Assembly: GCA_965655095.1 (NCBI GenBank)
Contig: OZ296659.1
Span: 38,936,001 to 39,000,000, forward strand
Reading direction: 5' to 3'
Length of the DNA: 64,000 nt
DNA from: Haplodiscus bocki
Taxonomy: Eukaryota
Shown here one piece after another: positions 13,929 through 24,625 of this stretch. The number at the start of each line of letters is the position of its first letter. Positions within the stretch are counted from its first letter, which is position 1. The translations under genes and the position numbers were made by a program. The notes beneath the pieces were generated by a model, which saw only the letters and a list, made by a program, of their open reading frames with translations, had not been told where the DNA came from and made no database searches.

Positions 13929-14574
13929 TTTAACAATCGCTTGTTTTCGTTCTTTGGATTTTCTCTTGAACAGCTCTCGAAATGCGCGGGGCGATCGTTG
14001 GGGTTTTAAAGTTGCTATTTCCTGGCGTTAAAAAGGGGGATATCTCTATTGAAAAACAAATTTGCAAAGAGAAGAAACGGCTTTAATTAATTTTAGTTAT
14101 AGTTAAACAGAATTTTTACATTCTGTACAAGACAAATTATCAGACAAGATAGAATGAGAAAAACTACTCGACTTACATTTCAGTGGTTGAGGGTGGGTAT
14201 GAATAGCTGAGTTTTTACTTTTTTCGATATTAATTTCTCTGCAGCTGCAAGTTGCGAGTCAGGTGAAGAGCAGATGTAAACAGTCAAAATAAAACAATAA
14301 TAGCTCATGAAAAGTAATTTTTAAAATAAAGCAACAATAGATTTAAACAAAATTCACATTTGCACTTTCAATATGCAGGTGAATTTAATAATTATCACAG
14401 CGCTAAGCGCAAAGACATATGAACGTATTTATGTTATTAACGGTTATAAAATAACACAAGAAAGAATATGCAGCAGTCTTTTTTTGTATATGTAGCTGAA
14501 TCTTTCCCTTTTTTAAAAGGCTTTTGTTAAAAAAAATTGTTAGTCATCGATTTCCCTTTCTCCGCTCCGTTATA
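13929..14574 (-). repeat. 3' LTR of copy A (646 bp)
   Basis: About 98% identical to 25902-26546; element-strand termini TATAAC...GTTAAA; directly preceded by the PPT. Confidence 0.92.
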
Positions 14575-14588
14575 CTACCCCCACCCAT
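14575..14588 (-). promoter_or_regulatory. Polypurine tract (ATGGGTGGGGGTAG)
   Basis: G-rich tract immediately upstream of the 3' LTR on the element strand. Confidence 0.75.
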
Positions 14589-14601
14589 GTAGACTGTGTC
14601 C

Positions 14602-15333
14602 TCACGAGCTAACAGTCGCGGTGTAGGCTATGAAGGGGGGGTTGCAGACCATGCAGGTTCGAAGTTGTTGTTGAGCGCGCCGGACGCCGTCCACACCGCA
14701 ACAATTGTAGACTTGGCGCAGATGTCGATTTAGGAGGATAGTTTTGGCTTCTTGAACAAGGGGGACAAGCGGGGCAGTGTTGGCGGGTGCGCTGGGATTT
14801 TTGTCCGGATGAATCAATAGAAGAATGTGACGGGCACGCGAGTTAAGTGTGTCAGCGGAGGCAGTTGGTAAGCAGCATAAAAGGTCATATAACATGGACT
14901 CTGGTGCGAAGTCGAGGGTCGTGGGGTAAGTTGACATTTGATGGAGTAACATTTCCTTATACGCCTGATGGAGTTGGGGATTTACTGCAGCGGCCTTGAG
15001 AGAAGACACTTCTTCAGTTAACTCGAAGGTACGAGCAAGCAAGCTGGAGTTTTCATTCAGAGCAGTTAAACGTTGATTTAAAGCAGTAATTTTAGTTTCT
15101 TTCTCTCGCAGTTCTTGCACAGTTTTTCCAAGAACCTGGAAAGTGTTGCTAGCGGCCACGCGGGCTTCTTCAAAGCCTTTTTGGAGGCGTTGCACGGAAT
15201 CAAATTCCGTCACAAGAAGCTCCATGGCCTCTTCTGCGTCCATGGAGGCGTCTAAAGCTACATCAAAGGTGTCAGGGAGGACAGGAGGTGGTAACGGAGG
15301 AGAGCAGACAATTTTCAGTGGGCTCGTTGACAT
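14602..15333 (-). CDS. Accessory protein: Pro-rich N-terminus, coiled coil, DnaJ-type J-domain (HPDKNP) and Cys-rich tail
   Basis: Intact 243-aa ORF. MLYDLL..PTASADTLNSRARHILLLIHPDKNP...VQEAKTILLNRHLRQVYNCCG follows the J-domain pattern Y.IL....AS...I...YR.LA...HPDKNP...AY.VL.D...R..YD..G. Conserved in copy B. Confidence 0.8.
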   Translation of the reverse strand: MSTSPLKIVCSPPLPPPVLPDTFDVALDASMDAEEAMELLVTEFDSVQRLQKGFEEARVAASNTFQVLGKTVQELREKETKITALNQRLTALNENSSLLARTFELTEEVSSLKAAAVNPQLHQAYKEMLLHQMSTYPTTLDFAPESMLYDLLCCLPTASADTLNSRARHILLLIHPDKNPSAPANTAPLVPLVQEAKTILLNRHLRQVYNCCGVDGVRRAQQQLRTCMVCNPPFIAYTATVSS

Positions 15334-15575
15334 TCACACTGATGGACTGGGAAGGGGGAGGAGGAACCCAGAGCTGGTTAGCTGCACGAACAAAAGGGCG
15401 GTTCTGGGGAGCGTTGATTTTCTTGAGAGTGACATTTTGGGATGTCGGGTTGATTCGAATAACACGATACTCGAAGGGATCTAGCAGTCGCACGAGATGT
15501 CCAGGAGCCAAGTCCGCGACGCGGCCAGAGCAGGTGACGAAAGGGGCAGCGCCCGAAGAAACAGCTGAAGAGAGC
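15272..15575 (-). CDS. Accessory ORF or exon with a beta-rich (SH3/KOW-like) segment, overlapping the J-ORF start
   Basis: RVADLAPGHLVRLLDPFEYRVIRINPTSQNVTLKKINAP is conserved in copy B. It is preceded by the strong acceptor TTTTTCTTTCTGTTTCAG|G (AG at 15577-15576). Confidence 0.55.
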
Positions 15576-16038
15576 CTGAAACAGAAAGAAAAATTTGATT
15601 GACTTATGTTACGATTTAAAATGACAGACTGAACAGGACAACATGCAAACAGCAAAAAGACCGGGGGCACGGGAACGTGTCAGAAGGCACTGATTGAGGA
15701 AACTCAAACAGGAGGGAGTATCTTAGGCGGTAAGTGGCACCGTACGGAAACGCACGTTGAAAGACACTAGCAAAGCTAGGTGAAAACATCAACAGGGTTG
15801 AGAAAGTAGCACGGAAACATGCTTAGGGACACCAACAAAAATTGGGAAAATTAGTGTATGAGCATAAGTCATGTTGTTGGAGGAAATTGTACGGACACGT
15901 ACAAAAAGAAGACATCAACCGAAGTTGAGTAAAAGCGTAGGCGAGCCAAAAATGAAGGATGACTTGTGTGACAGTATGATGAAAGTTGAATGCATGCATA
16001 AAACACAGAATTAAACACTTTCATGTTGAAGTCTGGGC

Positions 16039-18353
16039 CTACTGCGGTGAGGCAATGTCGGGGTAGGCTCGCGGCGGTAGAGCGGGCGCACAAGGAGAAG
16101 TGTAGTTCGACGGTTGCGCGTTGGCTTGAGTCATAGTCTCTCGTGCGAGAGCAACCAGTGCTCGGAACTCATCCGATGTAAGGTACAAAAACGAAGTATC
16201 AGTTTTTTCGTAGTCTGCTGGGTTTGATTCGACGATGTGTATAAACCGTCCGGAAGTTCCACGGAAGAACTTTTGCGGGTGCCGAAAAAGGCGTTGCCAC
16301 TGACGACGAAAAAGGGTGAAGCTCAGTGAGAATGTAAGTAAAGACATTGTAATAGACAACGTGGACAAGAGAACAGCGATACGAGTGGATAGGTAGGATT
16401 GCAACGCGGCTGATGTGGCGGGCGTGATGGACGAGTAATACTCAGCAATCGGTTTTGTGAGCTCATCGAGAGTGGTTTGCGACATGTGTTGAACATCCGG
16501 AAGTTCAGCTAATTCTATTCTGAGACTACCTAGAACGGATTGTCGCGCCTCTCCTGTAGATTATGCTTAAAATTCGGTTGCACCTATGTCAGAGACGTGG
16601 GAAAAAACGTTTTGAAGTGATGGAGTAAGTTCGATAGAAGCCAGAAAAGGCTCCGGTTGTGTTTCGCAGAAATCTATGTCCGGATGCAAAACAAGGTCGC
16701 CTTGATTAAACGAAATGATGCTGTTACAGCTGGGTTGCATCACACATGCCTGGCACTGGATGGAAGAGATCGAAAGACCATGTGTTTGACTATCATTTTT
16801 GATTTGCAGCGTCGCGGTGCGTGAGATTATGTGATACATGCCATCCGCAAGATAGAAGGCTTGCGGAGCGTCAGGCAGCAGAACTGAAATGACTTGACAG
16901 TTGCGGAGGGCCGGAATATCGTAATTGTAAAAGAATGAACCTAAACAAAGGAGTGTTTCATCTGTTGTTGTGGGAAAACCTTTTCGGCAGAGTTTGATTC
17001 GATTGTTCCCGGAACACTGTTGTAGTGTGTGCGCTCCAAGCTCAGCAAACCTCGTGTTATCGGTGGATATTGCGAGAAAAGGATTTGTGAATGTGTACAA
17101 GGAGGCTGTTTTCTTGTCAATATTGAGCTGATATAACGGTGTGGCATGGTATACATCAAATGTTGAAGACTTCGAATTCTTTGGTATGTCCAGAATAACG
17201 GATATGCCACGAGGAATGAGCGTGACTTCTAGGACAATTTGTATTTCGTAATGTATTGCCTCATAACCAGGGCGTATTGCCGGTGACAACTTTCTTCCAC
17301 GGGTTACTTCGTCATCTGCTAACTCCTTGACAATTTCAGCGATTTGTTGGAGTAACAAGAATTGTGGTGTGATATAACCACCGGATAACGACGAGATTGT
17401 CGAGAAGAGTGAAATTTTGTAGGCAAAAATGCTGCGCGATATGCTTTCAAATGTGTGTTTAGTGTTACCATTTGGTACACATAATTCCTGACTGCTTGCA
17501 AAAGGTGCATGTGTCGTACAATGACATGGTCACATGCGAGACAAGTACGGGCCAAGAATAGCGTTGCGTTTACGAGGTGGAATTCCATTTGTTTGAATCG
17601 TACGTCTACTACTTCCTTCAATTTATGAACACTTTCCTGTGTTCCTTTGATTTCGTTTCCCACTAGGAAGAAATTTTTATCGTTTCTCGTTTGCACACGT
17701 TCCAAATTTTTAACAATTGCGTTCTGTGTTCGCATGATGTTGTCCACATCTCGTGACAGAGCATCGTTGTTTTTACAGAGGTTGAAAATTGACAGCACAT
17801 TGCATGCAGCATTTTTAATTGGTTCTCCACGAACTAATCCGGCGCCGGCTGCCACTGCTGCAATCGCTCCAATAGCTCTGCGTGATCGGCCACCCGGTTG
17901 TTGGTCCCTTCGTGCACCGGGCGGAATGAAGGAATTAGCTACGTCCAATAAACTTTTTTCCTCTTCCAACGCTGCCGTCAGCTCATATTCTAAAAAGCTA
18001 ACTCTTGTCTCAAGTTGCTGGAGAAGGAGGGCATATGTTTCATTGAAATACATATACTTGCAGTTTTTATTGATGTACATGACACCAATTGAGTCAGGGG
18101 CCCGTTTGAAAGCTTCAACCATGTATGTTGCTTGGGTCAGGTTAAATGCCGGAATCCGAGGGAACGGTGAGAAAATACGGACTTTACTCTCGCTCTCGGA
18201 GGTAACCGCTTGATATTTGAAAACAAAAGCAGCGCCTTTCTTGAAGACTGGTTTAGCCAAGTCATCACCCACATGAGTGGTAAACTGCATCTGGAGCTTG
18301 ATTATGGGCAAGAAGACACTCACTAGTAGAACCGGGAGAATCAGTTGCTTTAT
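16039..18353 (-). CDS. env: Envelope glycoprotein, class I fusion type (baculovirus F / errantivirus Env-like); one frameshift and one stop
   Basis: Signal peptide (I)KQLILPVLLVSVFLPII, with ATA at 18353 probably from ATG. Furin site RSRR followed by fusion peptide AIGAIAAVAAGAGLV, heptad repeat, Cys-rich ectodomain, TM IAVLLSTLSITMSLLTFSLSFTLF and cytoplasmic tail. Spans ORFs 17319-18506, 16567-17358 and 16039-16485. Confidence 0.9.
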
Positions 18354-18618
18354 TGAAGCAACTCGTTTGGATTTTTGAGAAGTCCTGAAACAACAACGAC
18401 GTGGAAAGATTGCGCGGAGATCCTTGAAAGTAGAAAGGAAAACAAAAGCTATAAAAATGCGAACAAAAAAAACATTTAAAAAAGTTGATCGAACCTCTTC
18501 GTTCAAAGTTGTGGCTTTGTTTTGCCCTCACGATTGGGGGAATTGAAATCAGTAAGATTTGTCGGCAAGTTTGACATAGATAGGGGTTGTGCTCGACGCT
18601 GTTGCAGCGTCAATGCTC

Positions 18619-21600
18619 TCAACGTTCGATGTTCCTGTGGTGTTTGTGAACCAACGCGAAGCTTCGCGGCGGCTTAATCGATGATTTTTCCTTTGCGAGA
18701 ACGTCCACCAGGTCGGCTTGTTGGGGTGCTGGGGGAAAACATTTTGTTGGACAGTCTTCCAGAAACAGGTGAACTGGAAGGAATACTAGTTCGATTTTCG
18801 TTGGATGTTGAAGTCGACGTTGGCGTGATTGGTGTGGTTTGTGCTGATTTTTGGCCGTACGGGAGCGTCGAGACAGGTGTGTGTGGGACTGTGACTGTCC
18901 CCATCGGGGGTGTTGGTATCGCAGGTATAGGACAAGGTTTTGCGAGGTTGCCACCTGAAGAAGACGTTGCTATTGAAAGTGAAAACTGTTGAGGTAATGG
19001 TAAAGATGGCCACTCGGTGCAGTAAGCATGATCGATGTCGTTCTGACGAGTTGAAGGCCTAGGCATCCGATTTCGAGTTGGTATCATTGGAAGTTGAAGT
19101 CGCAGGCTCAGGAGTTTTCTCTCTGGTCGGGATGTTCGTAGTGGGGGGCCTCCTTCGGAATGGTTTCAAACGATCGTAATGTACCACGGATTCTTTTCCT
19201 GTACTGACTTCTTTGACTTGATAATTTACGTCATTCAAGCATTTCAGTATAGTGTAAGGACCACGCCATGGGCTGAAAAACTTGGGACTTTGGCCAACCG
19301 GTACCACTGGCGTATGTAAAAGCACTTCTTGTCCGTCTCGGTAGATGGGGCCATGTACCTTGTGATTGTATATGGCGTTACGCCGTCGCTGATTCTTGTT
19401 AAGATTGTCGCGGACCAACGCAAATGCTCGCTGAAAAGCTTGTTTTCTCTGATGGACAAACTCATGAACATTAGTTGTACAATCGGATTCTGGGCTCGGG
19501 AACATGAGATCCCAAGGTAATGAAGTTTCTCGACCATGCAGCAAGAACTGTGGGGTGTATCCTGTGGATTCATGCACAGAGGATCGATATGCCATCATGA
19601 CGTAAGGGAGTTGTTGTGACCAGTTGTTTTGCTCTGCGTTTATGCACTTCGCCAGCATGTTTTGGAGGGTGCGGTTCATACGCTCAATGACCGCATTAGA
19701 CTGAGGGTGGAAGGCTGTCGTACGAGACTTGTCTATCTCGAGAAGAGATTAGTAGGTTCTTGAAAAGTAGAGATTCAAAATTGCGTCCTTGGTCACTGTG
19801 TATGCTATGTGGACAACCGAAGTGACTAATCCAATGTTCAATCAATGCAGTGGCAGTTATTGATGCCCTCTGGTCCGGTAGTGGTACAGCTTCATACCAT
19901 TTAGTGAAGTGGTCGCCAATCAAGAGGATGACTTTGTGTACGTTGGATTCCGGTAAGGGTCCCATGAAGTCAATGCCAATGTGGTGGAAGGGATAGCTAG
20001 CTTTCCAATCTACAAGAGCATGGCGATGTGTTTTTGGTGGGTTGCTTCTTTTCTGACATTGGGGACAACAACTGATAAAAAGTTTCACATCTTCTTGGAA
20101 ACCGGGCCAATAAAATTTTTGCCTAATTTTTTCGGTAACCTTGGCTACACCCAAGTGTCCACCAGTTGAAGTCGAGTGAGTAGATCGCAAAAGTTCCTCT
20201 ACCAAACTCTGCGGAACTGTTTGTTGAAGAAAAGAAACGCGACCGTCTGTGGGGTCAAATTTACGACAAAGTACTCCGTCGGAGATACAAAGGCTGCTAA
20301 ATTGATTGTAAAGTTGCCAAGTTAGCCGTGGACTACCCTGGAGGTCATTGTTTCTTGGTACACGTGACTGTCGAACCCAATATTTGACCAACTTCAATGA
20401 TTCGTCTCCATCTTGCGCAATTCGGATATTTTTAGTGAATGAGGTGTTCGCATGATCAGTCACACTGCTATTGGGGGCTTCTTGTAACTCCGTGGAGTCC
20501 AACATATACACTGTGAGGCGTATTTGCGAAGTTGCGAACTCCTGCTTTAACATTTTGCGGACTAGGTGCCATTCTAGTTGGTCGATACCACAACCAAGTT
20601 TGGGCATGCTGATTGCTTTGACATCAATGTCTTCCGCATGACGTCGAAGAGCCGCTAGAGACGTTCGCAAGGAGCAATATGTTGGTTTGTGGAAAAATCG
20701 AACCTTGGTTAGGAGATGGTAGATGTATCGTTGGCTTGACTCTAGAAACTGTGGCCAAAGTGATTTTTGATTGAGAGTGCCAAACTTTGGGTAGTTTGTC
20801 GGGTACTTTCGTCGAAAGGTACGGGCGATTCCAGCACTCATCTTGAAGTCCGAGGAGACACAGTGAGCAAGAGAATCGCTGGAGTTGAAGATATCGCCAA
20901 CTTTTTCATGGTACTGGAAGGTTTCAACTTCAGTGTTCGGATTAGCCGAGCAAGACGGATTCCGTGGCTGCGGAGCTTGATGGGGGGTAGTAAGGACTTC
21001 AGTTGGTAGCGTTTTAGGGTCAATTCCTGGTTTGGCATTGGCACATTCATCTTACACCGTTGGCTTGACTTCTGAAAGATCAGTCACTTTGGGATCGTGG
21101 TGAACTATCTGCACTTTAGCTTGAGGAATGCGGGACAATCCAACGGCATGTCCAATTGATTTTCCCGGTTTGTGTCGGACCTCGTAGTCAAAGGTGGCCA
21201 GTTTCTTGAGCCACCGTGCGGTTAAGCCATCGGGGTCTTTGAAGTTGTGCAGCCACTGAAGTGCTCGGTGATCCGTAACGATGGTAAACTTGCGACCCAA
21301 AAGATAATGTCGAAAATGGCGTGTGAAGTGGACAATTGCCAAAAGCTCCCGCTTGGTTGCAGAATATCTGGTTTGAGCTTTCGAGAAAGCCTTAGAAGCG
21401 TAGTAAATGGCACGTTTTTTGCCATTTTGAACCTGAGCGAGAACAGCGCCCATTGCAGTCAAGCTTGCGTCTGTGTTCAAAATAAAAGGTTCTTTCATTG
21501 ATGGGAAAGCTAAAATGGGAGTCGTTAGGAGGCGTGCTTGAAGAGTTTCGAAGGCTGTCTGTGCCTCAGGTGTCCAGCCGAAGGAAGGACTGGACTCGGT

Positions 21601-23368
21601 TAATTTGTGGAGTGGTCGAGCAATCTCGGCAAAGTTTTCAATATAACGGCGGTAATATGAGCAAAGACCCAGAAACGACTTTACCTCTGTTTGACTGGTG
21701 GGGATAGGGAATTTTTTTACTGCAGCGATTTTTTCGGGATCTACTTGTAGACCATCGGCGCTGAGGACATGTTCCAAAAAGTGGACTTGTCTTTTGAAGA
21801 ACTCGCATTTCAGTGGATTTATTTTGCGATTTGCTTCACGAAAACGTTGGAGTACGGCTCGAAGTCTTTCTAAATGCTCCTCAGGGGTTGCGGCAAAGAT
21901 GATACAATCGTCCAGGTAAGGGAAAGTGCTCTTCCACGTCAGACCTACCAGGACATGTTCCATTAAACTTTGGAAAGTGTTTGGAATTCCCGTGAGACCC
22001 ATAGGCATGCGGAGCTATTTGTAAGAGCCAAAAGGGGTGCTAAACGCTGTGAAGTCTTGGCTCTTTTCATCCATTGGTAACTGATAAAAGCCCCAGGACA
22101 TATCAATTGTCGAAAAGAAAGCACTTCCTTCTAATGTGTCGAATATTTCTTCAATGGACCGTATGGGCCAACAGGACTTGATGGTTTGTTGATTCAGTTG
22201 TCTGTAGTCTATTAATAATCTCAACTTGCCATTTTTCTTTGGAACCAGCATGGCTGGTGCGCTATACGGACTGTGACACGGCGTTATAAGTTCTTTGTCA
22301 AGAAACGCGTCAATCTTTTCTCGTAGATCTTGCTTGTAGTGGAGAGGTGATCTTCGATTCGGTAGTTTGACGGGCTTTGAACCCGGGTAAACATCAATCT
22401 TGTGACTTGTGGCATCGCATTTGCCGAAGTCCCATTGATTTTTTGAAAAAACATCTGCGAATTGTTGCACAAGTTCAGCGAATTTATTCCACACTGGTAT
22501 CGCTGGACTGATTGAGTCTATAACGTGCTTGAGGTCATACGACTCATCAATTTCAATTGTTTTTGACTTCGGTGGTGGGGAAACTATGTGGTTCAATGCT
22601 TGTTTTGGAAAGAATTCAGAGGTACCCAATGTTGTGTTTTCGTACACCGTAATTACTTCATCCCCCGGTATTTTTATTTGTGACCGGTACATTTTCTTCT
22701 GCGAAGTTGAAAAGGACGCTGGGGACCACAGCGTTTTTCAAAGTACTTATTCGTTCCACCGGCTCAAATAGAGCGGGCAATTCCATCAATGGTCGTTGCC
22801 ATTTTTGTATTCTGGCTGGCAAAATCATGGCATATCCAGCCGGCACGGAGACTGCTTCCGTCGCTATCACCCGAAAAACTGTGTTCACTTCGTGATTGAG
22901 TTTACGGTTATACAATAGTACATGATTCTTGGAATCCAAGCGAAGCAGATCTTTGGAAAACAACGGGTCGCATTTGTTAGTCCTCAGGAAGTCGAGTCCC
23001 ACCAGACAATCTGCCTCCGAATCGATGAGCACGTGAAAGTTGTGCTCGTAGTGTTTAGGACCGATGTTGATCGGTAGGCGAACTGTTCCTCTTGAAGAAA
23101 TTGGCAGCTTATTTGCAGCCACGAGTTTAGTTTCCGTCGGTATAAGTTTCAATTTACCCAATTTTTGAAGCCTATCAAAAACTACTGAGCTGAGGCAAGA
23201 CACACTTGCTCGACTGTCGCAGACTGCCTCGATTGTTTTACTGAAAACAGTCAATTTTAGAAACACACTCCTGTGGTCAACCACGGAATTGAGTGTTTGA
23301 ATTTGTGGGCCTATCCTGGTGGTCTTGTCTGCGCGGCGACCCGTGGGCGTAGACTTTTCTAGTTTAAA
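18619..23368 (-). CDS. pol: Pol polyprotein (PR, dUTPase-like spacer, RT, RNase H, macrodomain, integrase with GPY and Pro/Thr-rich tail); a few stops and frameshifts
   Basis: AVCDS(R)AS; LVPKKNGKLRLLIDYRQLN; YLDD; TDAS...RELLAIV...TDHRAL; HHCC (H..GGHLG...C..C); IDFMGP / IGDHFTK / HSDQG / ERMNRTL; WRGPY...VHYDRLKPF. The 3' end is approximate. Confidence 0.96.
20505..20921 (-). other. TARG1/OARD1-type macrodomain in frame between RNase H and integrase
   Basis: GDIFNSSDSLAHCVSSDFKMSAGIARTFRRKY...RYIYHLLTK...HKPTY..L..SL......ISMPKLGCGIDQLEW..V...L...F....I.LTVY reproduces the OARD1 motifs. Confidence 0.92.
23307..23368 (-). promoter_or_regulatory. gag-pol -1 ribosomal frameshift signal (UUUAAAC plus stem-loop or pseudoknot)
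   Basis: TTTAAAC (23368-23362) lies just before the gag TAG, and pol is in the -1 frame. After a 7-nt spacer, GTCTACGC pairs with GCGCAGAC, and loop GGGTC can pair with downstream GGCCC. Confidence 0.8.
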
Positions 23369-24516
23369 GAATCATTTCTTTTGGACCTGCAGTCCCTTCG
23401 GAAATGACCGGGTTTCAGGTAATTGGAACAAGCCTTGCAGTCTTGGGAATCATGGTTTGTTCTTTTGCAATGTTTATATGCGCTCTTGTTACTGTCGTGT
23501 TCATTGCGCTTTTTGCGCTGGCTACTTGAACCATTGTCCCGATTTTGGTTATCAGACCTGCGAAAGTGAGTCCTTCCCCGTTCTTGGGGAGATTGGAACC
23601 TAACAGAGCGAGTGCTACTTCTAGAATCATTGCTCAGTGAACGTGACCGCTTCATGTTCTTAATCTCATTGGAGCCTGGTTGCACTTGGGTACTTTGCAA
23701 CTGTGAATTTTGCAAACTTTGGCTCAACAAGCGGACAAGTTCTTCCAAAGTTTCGTTTGATGTACCCTGTGCTACTCGGTTAGCACTTTGTGTGACTGCG
23801 GAATTTCCGTTCTCAATTTCTAAAAACGCGTTGAGGTCCATTGCGGCAGTTAAGGCGTCGTCCGCTGTTTGGGGTTTCGCTTTCCGCAGTTCCCACCGCT
23901 AGGTTTTGTCGTCGAGTCCTTCTACAAACGTGGTCAAGGCCATTGGGTCTATCATTTCATGAAAATCACGATAGGCGCGCCTGGCAAGGGTGCGGACATC
24001 GCAGAGGAACGCTGCGATATCCTGCTTTGGTTGCTGCTTCGCAGCTTTAAGACGTGCTTTCAAAATGTCGCCATTAGTTGTGTAATTCTGTCGGAACGCC
24101 TCAATCAACAAGTCAAAATTTGTCTGTTGTTCGCACGATAGTGTTGTGTAGAAGTGAAGGGCGTTTTCCTTCAGGCGAAGAGCAAAGTATTGCGGTCGGT
24201 TGTCATGAGTGTTGGAGTGCCATCCTGACAAGAGGGCGGCTGTGTTGAACTGTTGCAAATAATATTCAAAATCGTTTGTGCCCGTGAAGGACTCAGTCAT
24301 TAGGCATGAAGGGAGTGGAGTGACGTATGGGAAGCCTCGTCCTCCTTGTGGACTGCCTGACATTGCAAGGAAATTTGCACCGGTGGCGGTTGAATTCTGG
24401 GTGTTCGTTAACCCGCTGGCTTGGTGATTACTTCCGACAGAGTTACCTGGATTCGTCTGAGAATGTTGTTGTCCTTGTTGGTTAGTAGGAGTCGTTGGAG
24501 GAGGTGAGTTTGACAT
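23359..24516 (-). CDS. gag: Gag (capsid-like region plus two degenerate CCHC knuckles); frameshift near 23900
   Basis: ESFTGTNDFEYYLQQF...SGW...FALRLKENALHFY...; knuckles (Y)KHCKRTNHDSQDC and CSN(Y)LKPGHFRRDC. Confidence 0.92.
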
Positions 24517-24625
24517 TTTTATCTCTCTCTCTCGTTACAAAAAAGAATTTTTTTTAGAGTCGGTTCATGTTTCTTGAGGTGAAGTTTATGGGAGCACACT
24601 CAGGAAAACCCTAAAAGGATGGATT

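Larger units (their letters stand above)
13140..14576. repeat. ~1.44-kb near-identical direct repeat of 25113-26548 (leader, PBS, B-LTR part, A-LTR)
   Basis: Base-by-base comparison shows only scattered differences (roughly 1-2%). Sequence just left of 13140 and 25113 is visibly more diverged. Confidence 0.95.

Noticed and set aside
13414-14031. Plus-strand ORFs 13414-13671 and 13834-14031, duplicated at 25387-25644 and 25807-26004
   Set aside because: They recur only because the DNA is duplicated. They start at GTG/TTG, cross the PBS or LTR junctions, and show no motifs.
13140-14576. Treating the 1.44-kb direct repeat as the LTR
   Set aside because: It contains the PBS and leader ORF sequence. 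PPT, TSD and termini define 646-bp (A) and ~360-bp (B) LTRs instead.
17647-18213. 188-aa ORF antisense to env, and other antisense ORFs over gag and pol
   Set aside because: Most likely shadows of the coding strand; no independent motifs or evidence of conservation.
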